A stretch of 64,000 bases of DNA from contig OZ024753.1 of assembly GCA_964016885.1 (NCBI GenBank), positions 19,592,001 to 19,656,000 of the forward strand. The letters run 5' to 3'. This document shows positions 27,873-41,009 of the stretch, in pieces (the stretch's first letter is position 1; the number at the start of each line of letters is the position of its first letter). The notes under the pieces are model-generated. The model had not been told where the DNA came from and did no database searches. It worked only from the letters and a program-made list of their open reading frames with translations. The stretch is from Eledone cirrhosa (taxonomy: Eukaryota). The position numbers were made by a program, and so were the translations under genes.

Positions 27873-30473
27873 AAAGAACTATTGCTCCTACACTACAACA
27901 AAAATATACGAAATAAGTGAGGGTACCCTTCAGATTGTGATAGGAAATCTACAAGATAAGAAAACACCAGGAAGAGACATGATTGTCGGCTACTGGTACA
28001 ACATACTGATATTCTATCGGAGGTATCTTACTGACCTCTACCTACAAGTTCTTAAGGGAGATACGCTTATACCAGAATGGTTGATATTAGCACAAACATT
28101 ACTGTTCCCCAAGAACAAAGACAACCACTTGGCAAAAAACTACCATCCATTGCATGCCAGAACCTGATGTATAAGATGTATACAGCCTGCCTGAACCTAT
28201 TCCTCCAAGATCACTGTAAAAATAATAACATCATCACAGATGAACAAGCAGCTGGAAAGAAAGGGGTTTGGGGATGTGCTGAACAACTCCTAATCAACAA
28301 AACTGCGATGTCAGAGGTGCGACAACTTAGGAGGAATATGGCCACAGTCTGGCTGGACTACAGGAAAGCTTTCGATTCTGTTCCCCACTCTTGGATGATA
28401 GAGGCACTCCAACTTGCTAAAGTCCCAGACATTATTGTCAGAGCCATAAAGAGGCTGTCTCCTTCTTGGGCTATTATCCTAAGGTTAAAGACAGAGAGGG
28501 ACGACTCAATTTTCACTGATAAAATAAAATATTGCAGCGGTATATTTCACGGGGACAGTCTCTCTGTTATATTATTAATCTTGTCATTAAACCCCTTGTC
28601 CTTTCTGCTCAAGAAATGTGAGGTATACATCATTGACTCACAGGAGGACAGAAATACGAACCTAACCCATAACTTCTTAGTGGACGATCTGAAACTCTAT
28701 GCCAAAAACATGGATGGGATGAAGAAAGATCTTGACCTGGTTACAACGTTCTCAAAGGACATAGGAATGGAGTTTGGTCAAGATAAATGCTCATACATGA
28801 CTGTAAAGCGGGGAAAAACAACAACCCAGTCCAGCAACATTGTCATCAATGGTCTAACTGTTTCACCGATATCTGATGAGGACTGCTACAAATACATGGG
28901 GATAGATGAGAACATATCCTATAATGGTATCTGTAATAAAGAACGCGTAACCAGGGAATACTACACCAGATTAAGAAAGATCTGGTCATCGGAACTCTCT
29001 GCGCAAAACAAAACAGTGGCTCACAATGTGTTTGCTGTCCCTGTCCTAACACTAACTTTGGAATACTCAATTAGACGATAGTGGAAATCCGAGCCGTTGA
29101 TGTTGGAACTCGACAAATACTGAACAACACTGGAAACTTCCACATCAATAGTGACATAGACCGCCTTTACTTGAAACGTAAGCAGGGAGGCAGAGGCCTA
29201 ACATCAGTCCAGACAGGATTTGAATGTCGCATCATATCTCTCCGACAACATATAGGAACCTCGAAGCGTAGGAGCCCGTTTCTCGGGTAAGTCTATCTGC
29301 ATGAAACAGATGAGATCATGAGAGTTGTGAAGGAACTCCTCGAAATAATCCTGTGTGATAATCCTGTGTGATAATCAAAAGCTCACACCCAGGGAAGTCG
29401 CTCAGCAGTATCGCAGTGAATCCATGGATGAAAAACTGCATACTTATCAGCAAAAAGTCAAGCATGGACGTGTTGCCAGGAAGCCCCAGTGTGAGGGTAA
29501 TATAGATAAGGAAAGTAGTCTATCTTGGACCAACAACCGCTATATTGGCTCCCACTTTGAAGGATACGCTTTTGTAATCCAAGAACAGGAGATTAACACG
29601 AAATCCCTGAATTACAAAATATATATTGATGCAGGCAAAACACCTAGATGTGATAACAAGTGCAGCCTCTGCAGAACTAACATACAGGATATCACCCATG
29701 TCTACAGCAGCTGTCCAAAGATATCATCGCGGTACTATCTACTTATGAGGCATCATGTAGTGGCGAAAACACTGTACAATGCAGTTTGTAAAAAAAGATA
29801 GCCCCGATAATAAACACATTAAAAGCTACAGCAATGTGGTAGACATCCATGTACATAATATGAAAGAGTACTGGTGGAATGTTCCAGTAAAAACACCAGT
29901 AAAATGCAGGCATAACAGACCAGATATTATGATATAGGACGAGGATAAGAAAGCATGCACAGTAGTGGAAATTAGCTGCCCAGCAGATGCCAATATAAAA
30001 TCAAAGATTAGCGAAAAGGAGTATATTTATGCAGAACTTTTGAGAAATCAGCAGATACTCCACCCTGATTACACCTTCAGATTTATACCTGTGATTATTG
30101 GCTCATGTTAGTAACTGCCTCAATACAAATCTTGAGAAGCTAGTCTTCACAGGAACGGTAAGAACACAACTAGTTAGGAAATTACAATTACAATCCATTA
30201 ATAGAACAGTAAAATTATGTAAAACATTCCAAAATCTTTGCATCTAATAACTGCATATACACATGTACAGATGCAATGTATATACACATGCACATATTCA
30301 ACTAAAACATCCCCATCCACACATACAATAACATCCATATTTGCACATGCATGCATACATACATATCTACCTAGTTGATGTGTAAATTCCAATGAGAGAA
30401 TCTCGTGTCTATGTTAGAAACCGACTCTCTCTCTATTGGTAAAACATTTGTGAAATTATAAAACCAGAAGAAC
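27873..30473 (+). mobile_element. R4/Dong-like RLE non-LTR retrotransposon, 5'-truncated, frameshifted
   Basis: RT motifs KTPGRD, WLDYRKAFDSVPH, GIFHGDSLS, FLVDDLKLY, YKYMG and GGRGL; CCHC knuckle CSLC..H..SSC; RH, HNRPDI and VVEISCP. Bounded by (TACA)n. Confidence 0.9.
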
Positions 30474-30477
30474 ATAT

Positions 30478-31013
30478 ATACATACATACAAACATGCTTA
30501 CATACATACCTACATACATACATGCTTACAGACATGCATACACACATGCATACATACATACATACATACATACATACATACATACATACATACATACATA
30601 CATGCATGCATGCATGCATGCATGCATGCATGCATGCATGCATGCATGCATGCATGCATGCATACATACATACATACATACATACATACATACATACATA
30701 CATACATACATACATACATACATACATACATACATACATACATACATACATACATACATACATACATACATACATACATACATACATACATACATACATA
30801 CATACATACATACATACATACATACATACATACATACATACATACATACATACATACATACATACATACATACATACATACATACATACATACATACATA
30901 CATACATACATACATACATACATACATACATACATACATACATACATACATACATACATACATACATACATACATACATACATACATACATACATACATA
31001 CATACATACATAC
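30478..31013. repeat. (TACA)n with an internal (TGCA)n block
   Basis: Direct reading. Confidence 0.97.
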
Positions 31014-31023
31014 GGTATCTAAA

Positions 31024-31210
31024 TAATTGTTTCTACTTTTGACACAAGGCCAACAATTATCCCAGTGTATTGCCGGTACTTTTTTTTATCAAACCCGTAA
31101 GGATGAAACGCAAAGTTAAGCTCGGCGGGATTTGAACTCAGACCATAAAGGACCGTAGCTCTTTGCTGCAAAGTATGGCGTCCGACCCTCTACCGATACT
31201 GCCAATCCAC
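31024..31210 (-). mobile_element. SINE-A (with a partial + strand head at 31530-31610)
   Basis: Full consensus on the - strand. Confidence 0.85.
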
Positions 31211-31657
31211 CTAAATAATATTAACGAATTTTAGCCTGACTGAGTCTGACAACATTCCTGCAAATTAACTGAAATATTGTATATCATTAATTTAATTAGT
31301 TAAAGCATCCTTCATTCTAGTAGAGAATTAATTGGAGTACACTTGACACCATGTTACGGCCGTTTCTAACGAGTTATTTGTGGTTGTGGCAGTATATTTA
31401 ATGAAGTCATTGTTATATCTCTAGTGAAAATCATTAGCATTCATGAAATAATAATATAACCTGATGCTCATCAAATCAGAATGCCACTTATAAACATTCT
31501 GTTGTTATAATTGTTTAGCTCCCAAGGCGCACTGGTGGGTAGAGCGTCGGACAACATGCTTTGCAGTATAGAGTTACGTCACTTTAAGTTCTGATTTCAA
31601 ACCCCACCGATAATGAGATTAAATAGTGTAATCATGCACACACTCTCATACATACAT

Positions 31658-31857
<200 letters not shown>

Positions 31858-31874
31858 ATAAATATATTTATAAC

Positions 31875-31939
<65 letters not shown>

Positions 31940-32457
31940 TGTTATATTTGGGGAGGGTCATATTTGCGTAATATTGCCAGAATTAATAACAGAACACACT
32001 CACTGTTTGGTTGGTTTTCGCTTCTCGCTGTCTTTTATATATATATATCTGCGATCTAACTTACTCGGTCCTCAATGTTGCCATTGACTGACCGGCGGTC
32101 AAAAATAATACAGATACAATATAGACAAACACATATATATATAGTTTACATAAATCTTTCGTTGCACATCTGCAACATCGTCAGTGGTGTTATATTCATT
32201 GTTCCTCCTGTTGTGTTGTATGTCTACGCCATTTTTTTTTGTTCAGTCTGTCTATATATTTATTTATTTATTTGCTTGTTTGTTTATCTTATTTTATTTT
32301 GTCTTCTTTGCGCATGCGTTTGCGTGTGTGTATAGTGTTATGTGTGATGTGTGACTAGTGTGTATAGTGTTGTGTCTGCTGGGTGACTAGTGTGTGTTTA
32401 TGTGCTTGTGTATGTATTTATTTATCTTATTTTATTTAATTTAATTTACTTATTTAT

Positions 32458-34785
32458 TTATACTTCTCTTAGGTCAGTGTTGTTTGTTTGGGTGTTGTTG
32501 TTGTTCCACTCATTCTTTCTGTTTAGCTTTGGTCTTCTAATTTCTATTTCACTGGCCTCTCTGATTTGCCTATCTGCTGGGTCATTCCTATGTTTAGATA
32601 TTATTCTAATTTCTATGTTGTCTATGTTACCGTCATGATGTTGTCTAGCATGTTCGTATAGTACTGACCCGTTTTTTCGTCCTTTTAGTTCCCCCCAGTG
32701 TTGGTCTATCCTTTCACCTATGCTACGAGCTGTCTCACCTATGTATGTTGTTGTCGTGTTTCTGCAAGTACCCTCTGTACATCTTATGCTATAGACTACG
32801 TTTCTAGTTTTACAGTTTATCCGGGGGTTCACCTTACATATGATACATTTCCTATTGGTACAGTGGGTTTTCTTAAAAGGGTAGGTTTTGCTGATCAGGG
32901 ATTTTATGGTGGTTCCTGGCTTTTCTACCACCTTTATTTTTAAGTGGGTCTTTCTCAGGGCCTTTCTACACTGGTTAGCCAATTTCCCTCCAGGGGTGGC
33001 GTCCACAAACATGACACTCTGATATCTCTGGTTGTCGTACCATGATGTGGCCTTCCCTATCTTATGTCTAGCCCTATCTAAGCTATTCCATGATTTGCTC
33101 CTGTATAGTGGGCAAATTCCTTTCATGTCCAGTTCTATGAGGGTCTTATACTTTTCCATGGCTCCTTCGTATACTCTGACTCTGTCTCTTTGGTTGTAGC
33201 CAGAGAACTGCATGCGGTTGATGAAGTGTTGGATGTGTCCTTCCATTTCTGTTGGGTCGCACATGCTGGACACATTCTTCATCACTCGTACCAAATCTGC
33301 GATCAGAATATTAAACTTAGCACTACTGGACATTGCTGAGTTTTTGAGTATCAGGTATTTGGAGGCCATGGGTTTAGCATAGTGTGAGTGGAGAATTTGG
33401 GCTCTCTCGTCTATAGTGTTAATCCAGAGTTCTGTGTCTAATACAGGTAGTCTATTGTTAGGGTGTTTGGAAGGGAAGTCTATAGTTACAGTTATACTCT
33501 GGTGTATGGAATTAGCTATCTGCTGGATGCTTTCCATCGTGCTACGTTCTAAATCAAACTTGTTAGTGCTCTCTAGTGGGGGTGTTCTTATAACTATATT
33601 GATATCGTCTACATAACGAGAGTACATGATGAGGTCTATGGAGCTTTCATTAAGGAGATCTTTAAGTCTCCTTTCCCACCATACCATGAAAAGGTTGGCA
33701 ACATCGCCAGCTATGCTGACGCCGATGGCTGCTCCCTCATTTTGGGTGTAGATTTTCTCATTGAACTTAAATATGTGGCCCTTTAGGGTAGTTTTGATAC
33801 TAGCCCCTATTGCATGTGCGACCATTTTTCTTACCTGATCAGTGTTTTGGGGGGTCCGTATAGCTTTGGTCCACCCAATCCACCTTCCTATGGGAGTCTT
33901 TTTAGCCATTGAGGTTATGGTGGGGGGTCTACCTCTTATAGGTCTACTAGGGCAGAAACATCTAAGGTCATGGCTGTCTAGGTAGTCAGTGTCGTAGGTA
34001 AGTCTAAGTAGGAGGCCCAGTTCGTCTGTGTCGACGTCGCAGAACTCCACCTCACTCTCAATGATCATCTCCACACATCTTTTCACAGCAAAATCAATGT
34101 TAATGGATGGGTACAGTGACACCACATCCATGCTGCCTATTATGCAGTTGGATAGGCTCCTGTTTTTGTTGCACTCACTGATTCTGCTGAGGAGGTCCTC
34201 TGTACTTTCACATACATCTGGGGACATCTTGATTATGGGGCGTATAACCATTGAGAGGAAGTAGGAGATCCTGTAGTTGCTAGCTATATTAGCTCCGCAT
34301 ACAGGTCTTGTTGGTGGTCCTATTGTCGGGTCGTCGACTGTCTTGTGGTCTTTGCGGAGCCCATACAAGGGTGGTATGCCATTGTTAGACGCCTGGAAGT
34401 TGTTGGCAGTGCGTCTGCTTGGCTTTAGGATGTCAGTCCACATCATCATGTGAGCGTTGAGGATTTTTTCTCTCCCATCGTGTGTTAGTTGTGCAACTTC
34501 GCTCGTGTTGGTGATGTGGGGTTGCATTGCCTCGATGTAGTTCGGCATGCTATCTATTGACATCCTACCAGACTTATCTGTGGGTAGACACACTACCTCA
34601 CCATCCCTTGTGCGCTGCTTGAGGCTAACCAAGCCTTCTACAGGTTTTATCCCAAGTTGTTGGGCCTCTGGTCTGCTCTGTCTCATAGTGTACCTGTCTA
34701 CTACTTGTCTAATCTTATTTCTAGCTATGGTGAACTGTGCCTCCGTCTCGTCATCTATTTGTTGTGGTATGCAAACTCTTTTATT
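32458..34785 (-). CDS. Mirror copy of the same 5'-truncated PLE RT-EN ORF
   Basis: Translation matches the + strand copy beyond the junction. Confidence 0.93.
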   Translation of the reverse strand, partial: NKRVCIPQQIDDETEAQFTIARNKIRQVVDRYTMRQSRPEAQQLGIKPVEGLVSLKQRTRDGEVVCLPTDKSGRMSIDSMPNYIEAMQPHITNTSEVAQLTHDGREKILNAHMMMWTDILKPSRRTANNFQASNNGIPPLYGLRKDHKTVDDPTIGPPTRPVCGANIASNYRISYFLSMVIRPIIKMSPDVCESTEDLLSRISECNKNRSLSNCIIGSMDVVSLYPSINIDFAVKRCVEMIIESEVEFCDVDTDELGLLLRLTYDTDYLDSHDLRCFCPSRPIRGRPPTITSMAKKTPIGRWIGWTKAIRTPQNTDQVRKMVAHAIGASIKTTLKGHIFKFNEKIYTQNEGAAIGVSIAGDVANLFMVWWERRLKDLLNESSIDLIMYSRYVDDINIVIRTPPLESTNKFDLERSTMESIQQIANSIHQSITVTIDFPSKHPNNRLPVLDTELWINTIDERAQILHSHYAKPMASKYLILKNSAMSSSAKFNILIADLVRVMKNVSSMCDPTEMEGHIQHFINRMQFSGYNQRDRVRVYEGAMEKYKTLIELDMKGICPLYRSKSWNSLDRARHKIGKATSWYDNQRYQSVMFVDATPGGKLANQCRKALRKTHLKIKVVEKPGTTIKSLISKTYPFKKTHCTNRKCIICKVNPRINCKTRNVVYSIRCTEGTCRNTTTTYIGETARSIGERIDQHWGELKGRKNGSVLYEHARQHHDGNIDNIEIRIISKHRNDPADRQIREASEIEIRRPKLNRKNEWNNNNTQTNNTDLREV

Positions 34786-34807
34786 TGTTGTGGTATGCAA
34801 ACTCTTT

Positions 34808-37135
34808 AATAAAAGAGTTTGCATACCACAACAAATAGATGACGAGACGGAGGCACAGTTCACCATAGCTAGAAATAAGATTAGACAAGTAGTAGACAGG
34901 TACACTATGAGACAGAGCAGACCAGAGGCCCAACAACTTGGGATAAAACCTGTAGAAGGCTTGGTTAGCCTCAAGCAGCGCACAAGGGATGGTGAGGTAG
35001 TGTGTCTACCCACAGATAAGTCTGGTAGGATGTCAATAGATAGCATGCCGAACTACATCGAGGCAATGCAACCCCACATCACCAACACGAGCGAAGTTGC
35101 ACAACTAACACACGATGGGAGAGAAAAAATCCTCAACGCTCACATGATGATGTGGACTGACATCCTAAAGCCAAGCAGACGCACTGCCAACAACTTCCAG
35201 GCGTCTAACAATGGCATACCACCCTTGTATGGGCTCCGCAAAGACCACAAGACAGTCGACGACCCGACAATAGGACCACCAACAAGACCTGTATGCGGAG
35301 CTAATATAGCTAGCAACTACAGGATCTCCTACTTCCTCTCAATGGTTATACGCCCCATAATCAAGATGTCCCCAGATGTATGTGAAAGTACAGAGGACCT
35401 CCTCAGCAGAATCAGTGAGTGCAACAAAAACAGGAGCCTATCCAACTGCATAATAGGCAGCATGGATGTGGTGTCACTGTACCCATCCATTAACATTGAT
35501 TTTGCTGTGAAAAGATGTGTGGAGATGATCATTGAGAGTGAGGTGGAGTTCTGCGACGTCGACACAGACGAACTGGGCCTCCTACTTAGACTTACCTACG
35601 ACACTGACTACCTAGACAGCCATGACCTTAGATGTTTCTGCCCTAGTAGACCTATAAGAGGTAGACCCCCCACCATAACCTCAATGGCTAAAAAGACTCC
35701 CATAGGAAGGTGGATTGGGTGGACCAAAGCTATACGGACCCCCCAAAACACTGATCAGGTAAGAAAAATGGTCGCACATGCAATAGGGGCTAGTATCAAA
35801 ACTACCCTAAAGGGCCACATATTTAAGTTCAATGAGAAAATCTACACCCAAAATGAGGGAGCAGCCATCGGCGTCAGCATAGCTGGCGATGTTGCCAACC
35901 TTTTCATGGTATGGTGGGAAAGGAGACTTAAAGATCTCCTTAATGAAAGCTCCATAGACCTCATCATGTACTCTCGTTATGTAGACGATATCAATATAGT
36001 TATAAGAACACCCCCACTAGAGAGCACTAACAAGTTTGATTTAGAACGTAGCACGATGGAAAGCATCCAGCAGATAGCTAATTCCATACACCAGAGTATA
36101 ACTGTAACTATAGACTTCCCTTCCAAACACCCTAACAATAGACTACCTGTATTAGACACAGAACTCTGGATTAACACTATAGACGAGAGAGCCCAAATTC
36201 TCCACTCACACTATGCTAAACCCATGGCCTCCAAATACCTGATACTCAAAAACTCAGCAATGTCCAGTAGTGCTAAGTTTAATATTCTGATCGCAGATTT
36301 GGTACGAGTGATGAAGAATGTGTCCAGCATGTGCGACCCAACAGAAATGGAAGGACACATCCAACACTTCATCAACCGCATGCAGTTCTCTGGCTACAAC
36401 CAAAGAGACAGAGTCAGAGTATACGAAGGAGCCATGGAAAAGTATAAGACCCTCATAGAACTGGACATGAAAGGAATTTGCCCACTATACAGGAGCAAAT
36501 CATGGAATAGCTTAGATAGGGCTAGACATAAGATAGGGAAGGCCACATCATGGTACGACAACCAGAGATATCAGAGTGTCATGTTTGTGGACGCCACCCC
36601 TGGAGGGAAATTGGCTAACCAGTGTAGAAAGGCCCTGAGAAAGACCCACTTAAAAATAAAGGTGGTAGAAAAGCCAGGAACCACCATAAAATCCCTGATC
36701 AGCAAAACCTACCCTTTTAAGAAAACCCACTGTACCAATAGGAAATGTATCATATGTAAGGTGAACCCCCGGATAAACTGTAAAACTAGAAACGTAGTCT
36801 ATAGCATAAGATGTACAGAGGGTACTTGCAGAAACACGACAACAACATACATAGGTGAGACAGCTCGTAGCATAGGTGAAAGGATAGACCAACACTGGGG
36901 GGAACTAAAAGGACGAAAAAACGGGTCAGTACTATACGAACATGCTAGACAACATCATGACGGTAACATAGACAACATAGAAATTAGAATAATATCTAAA
37001 CATAGGAATGACCCAGCAGATAGGCAAATCAGAGAGGCCAGTGAAATAGAAATTAGAAGACCAAAGCTAAACAGAAAGAATGAGTGGAACAACAACAACA
37101 CCCAAACAAACAACACTGACCTAAGAGAAGTATAA
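34808..37135 (+). CDS. Penelope-like RT + GIY-YIG endonuclease, 5'-truncated, uninterrupted frame (first Met 34907)
   Basis: Motifs PTDKSG, LYGLRKDHK, RPVC, SMDVVSLYPSI, GAAIG, YSRYVDD, PVLD, a Cys linker CTNRKCIIC and VVY...YIGET. Confidence 0.93.
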   Translation, partial: NKRVCIPQQIDDETEAQFTIARNKIRQVVDRYTMRQSRPEAQQLGIKPVEGLVSLKQRTRDGEVVCLPTDKSGRMSIDSMPNYIEAMQPHITNTSEVAQLTHDGREKILNAHMMMWTDILKPSRRTANNFQASNNGIPPLYGLRKDHKTVDDPTIGPPTRPVCGANIASNYRISYFLSMVIRPIIKMSPDVCESTEDLLSRISECNKNRSLSNCIIGSMDVVSLYPSINIDFAVKRCVEMIIESEVEFCDVDTDELGLLLRLTYDTDYLDSHDLRCFCPSRPIRGRPPTITSMAKKTPIGRWIGWTKAIRTPQNTDQVRKMVAHAIGASIKTTLKGHIFKFNEKIYTQNEGAAIGVSIAGDVANLFMVWWERRLKDLLNESSIDLIMYSRYVDDINIVIRTPPLESTNKFDLERSTMESIQQIANSIHQSITVTIDFPSKHPNNRLPVLDTELWINTIDERAQILHSHYAKPMASKYLILKNSAMSSSAKFNILIADLVRVMKNVSSMCDPTEMEGHIQHFINRMQFSGYNQRDRVRVYEGAMEKYKTLIELDMKGICPLYRSKSWNSLDRARHKIGKATSWYDNQRYQSVMFVDATPGGKLANQCRKALRKTHLKIKVVEKPGTTIKSLISKTYPFKKTHCTNRKCIICKVNPRINCKTRNVVYSIRCTEGTCRNTTTTYIGETARSIGERIDQHWGELKGRKNGSVLYEHARQHHDGNIDNIEIRIISKHRNDPADRQIREASEIEIRRPKLNRKNEWNNNNTQTNNTDLREV

Positions 37136-37404
37136 ATAAATAAGTAAATTAAATTAAATAAAATAAGATAAATAAATACATACACAAGCACATAAACACA
37201 CACTAGTCACCCAGCAGACACAACACTATACACACTAGTCACACATCACACATAACACTATACACACACGCAAACGCATGCGCAAAGAAGACAAAATAAA
37301 ATAAGATAAACAAACAAGCAAATAAATAAATAAATATATAGACAGACTGAACAAAAAAAAATGGCGTAGACATACAACACAACAGGAGGAACAATGAATA
37401 TAAC

Positions 37405-37445
37405 ACCACTGACGATGTTGCAGATGTGCAACGAAAGATTTATGT
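37405..37445 (+). ncRNA. Hammerhead-like motif in the PLE 3' pLTR (mirror 32148-32188 on -)
   Basis: cca CTGACGA t-gttgca-gatg-tgcaac GAAA gatt TA tg; stem I is short. Confidence 0.7.
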
Positions 37446-37759
37446 AAACTATATATATATGTGTTTGTCTATATTGTATCTGTATTATTTTTGACCGCCG
37501 GTCAGTCAATGGCAACATTGAGGACCGAGTAAGTTAGATCGCAGATATATATATATAAAAGACAGCGAGAAGCGAAAACCAACCAAACAGTGAGTGTGTT
37601 CTGTTATTAATTCTGGCAATATTACGCAAATATGACCCTCCCCAAATATAACAATATCTGTTTCGACACACGATTTCATATAAAAAACCTCGCAAAACTA
37701 ATTCATCGCCGCTATATATATATAAATATATATATATATATAGTTATAAATATATTTAT

Positions 37760-37841
<82 letters not shown>

Positions 37842-37909
37842 ATATATATATATATATATCGATATATATATATATATATATCTATATATATATATATATA
37901 TTTATATAT

Positions 37910-38002
<93 letters not shown>

Positions 38003-38004
38003 TA

Positions 38005-38440
38005 CTTGACTCACTCGATATGCAAATTAGACTGCTCAGCCGTTAATTTTCATAAGAAAAGTATATACTTTCGAACGTTCAACTATCTGGCAGAAGGGTA
38101 TACGGTGCTGATGATAGCTAACAAGCTTGAAACTAGTACATCGTTCCTGTGTCAGTGTTGAACAAAAAGGTGACGTGGTTGCCTTAACACCGTACGGCAT
38201 AAAAATTCAGGCTGTTCAGTTTGTTTACAAACGAACGAAGCGGCGTTATAATATGCGTCCGCTAAACTGATGCGTGCATATATGTATGTGTACCTGTATG
38301 TATATATATATATATATATGCATGCTACTGTACGTCTGTATACATATATGTATGTACGTATACACACATACTTACATTTAAGTAAGTGCCGTACTAAGAG
38401 TGAGAAATGAAATTTCGTTTTCATTTTATTTCAACTTATA
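38005..38440 (+). mobile_element. Second, slightly diverged copy of the ~500-bp hammerhead unit (different permutation) in (TA)n
   Basis: Reverse complement of about 18305-17890, continuing into 18390-18335. Hammerhead at 38103-38143. Confidence 0.8.
38103..38143 (+). ncRNA. Minimal type-I hammerhead ribozyme
   Basis: cggtg CTGATGA tagct-aaca-agctt GAAA ctag TA catcg; stem I, stem II and a palindromic stem III are all present. Confidence 0.9.
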
Positions 38441-38445
38441 TATAT

Positions 38446-38503
<58 letters not shown>

Positions 38504-38774
38504 GAAAAGTGTAATTTTCTACACAAAACGAAGGTTATAGAGCAAATTGAGGTTGGTAATGGATACATGGAATATATAAGAGGCAGAATACTTTTTTGTG
38601 AAAAAACATATAATTTTATAAGGTAAGGAAATAATAAAGGGTATAAAAAATGACCGGTTTCGATGGGTCTGCAAAAGCCATCTTTTCAAATGTTGATTAA
38701 CATTAAGAAAAATTAATAATACGAAGAGTTAAAATTTTAACTCTTCGTATTATTAATTTTTCATAATATTAATC

Positions 38775-38822
38775 AACATTTGAAAAGATGGCTTTTGCAG
38801 ACCCATCGAAACCGGTCATTTT
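38775..38822 (+). ncRNA. Variant hammerhead, U3-A8 core (mirror about 38647-38694 on -)
   Basis: aacat TTGAAAA gatgg-cttttgcagac-ccatc GAAA ccgg TC atttt. Confidence 0.55.
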
Positions 38823-38967
38823 TTATACCCTTTATTATTTCCTTACCTTATAAAATTATATGTTTTTTCACAAAAAAGTAGTCTGTCTCTTATATATTCC
38901 ATGTGCCATTACCAACCTCAATTTTCTCTATATATATTTATATATATATATATAAATATATTTATAA

Positions 38968-39142
<175 letters not shown>

Positions 39143-39350
39143 TAAACAAATAATGAATAAACAATGAAACAGTTCCTTATATTAAACAAAAAAAGTTCAT
39201 TATTTAACGATCGTTTCTAGGATATATATGTGTTAGAATTGGCATGCATATTCAACAGATCTATGTACAAAATTATACAAAATTATACAAACTATCAAGA
39301 TTAAATATACATACCAACACATATATACGCCGTCTTCAGAAATAATCATG

Positions 39351-39498
39351 ATTATTTCTGAAGACGGCGTATATATGTGTTGGTATGTATATTTAATCTT
39401 GATAGTTTGTATAATTTTGTATAATTTTGTACATAGATCTGTTGAATATGCATGCCAATTCTAACACATATATATCCTAGAAACGATCGTTAAATAAT
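39351..39498 (+). ncRNA. Hammerhead with ~115-nt extended stem II (mirror copy 39199-39346 on -)
   Basis: attattt CTGAAGA cggcg-tatatatgtgttgg...ctaacacatatata-tccta GAAA cgatcg TT aaataat. Confidence 0.7.
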
Positions 39499-39694
39499 GA
39501 ACTTTTTTTGTTTAATATAAGGAACTGTTTCATTGTTTATTCATTATTTGTTTAATATTTTATCTTGACTCTGTATACCGTTTATCTTTCACCGAAAGTG
39601 ATTTTTCATTACATCTCTTCTTTCCATGATATCCGGAATACATTGAGTTCTTCATACGGATTGGACACTACCGTAAACTCTTGGTAGATTTATC

Positions 39695-39761
<67 letters not shown>

Positions 39762-39846
39762 ATATATATATATATATATTATATATTTATATATATATAT
39801 ATATATATAATTATATATATAAATATATATATTTATATATATATAT

Positions 39847-39956
<110 letters not shown>

Positions 39957-39957
39957 T

Positions 39958-40052
<95 letters not shown>

Positions 40053-40085
40053 ATATTTATGTATATATATTTATATTTATATATA

Positions 40086-40179
<94 letters not shown>

Positions 40180-40608
40180 AAAGTTTTATTTAAGATTGTT
40201 GGGTTACAACGAGTAAATATTTTATAACTGATATAAAAGCACTCAACTGTTTCTGGAGTAGGTTTACGATGATTTATGTGTCGGCTAGTTTAACTGTATC
40301 CCTTCCCTCACATATACGTTGATCATCTGTCCAAAAGCTGCCTACTATGTTTTTTCACTTCATCAATGTATTTCTCTCTCCCATATCTCCTTGTCTCTCT
40401 ATCTCGCTCTGTTGTTTTTCTTTATATACATCTCTTCACCTTCTTCTTCTTTTTTATTTACATACATCTCTTCATCTTCTTCTTCTCATCTTCGTTTTTC
40501 TTTCTATATAACTCTCATAACAGTTTCACTACCAAATCAACTTTTTAAATGGAAGTTGCATTATTTATAAGGTATGTCAAAATTATTTATAAAACAGCTT
40601 ATGTATTG

Positions 40609-40674
40609 TATTTTGTCTGAGGAAGGCATACCATATTTTTAATATGATATACCTGAAATATATATAACGAAATA
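40609..40674 (+). ncRNA. Type-I hammerhead ribozyme (family of 11015)
   Basis: tattttgt CTGAGGA agg...catatt..aatatg...cct GAAA tatata TA acgaaata, with an 8-bp stem I. The downstream sequence matches the 10975-11015 copy. Confidence 0.75.
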
Positions 40675-40714
40675 ATTATGGTTTCATAAATATTGTTTCC
40701 ATTTGTTTAATATC

Positions 40715-40795
<81 letters not shown>

Positions 40796-40857
40796 TATAT
40801 ATATATACATTCATTAGATTAAGAGTGTTGCAAATTGTTACTATTATCATATTCATG

Positions 40858-40889
<32 letters not shown>

Positions 40890-40975
40890 TCTATTTCTAT
40901 ATATATTTATGTATATATATTTCTATTTCTATATATATTTATATATGTATATATATATTTATATATATATATATT

Positions 40976-41009
<34 letters not shown>

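Larger units (their letters stand above)
31936..37712. mobile_element. Head-to-head palindromic PLE pair: arms 31936-34785 and 34808-37657, 22-nt spacer, extra tail 37658-37712
   Basis: Mirror coordinates sum to 69593 throughout. The pair is embedded in (TA)n on both sides. Confidence 0.92.

Noticed and set aside
30371-31042. MYVC/HTYI repeat ORFs, and all YI/CV/poly-V/poly-L ORFs elsewhere
   Set aside because: Microsatellite translations.
34547-34807. N-terminal ~87 aa of the two 862-aa ORFs as a real domain
   Set aside because: It is the antisense of the opposite arm read through the palindrome apex.
37529-37590. Intron in the PLE pLTR (GTAAGT...AACAG)
   Set aside because: Plausible for PLEs but lacks a polypyrimidine tract; unsupported without transcripts.
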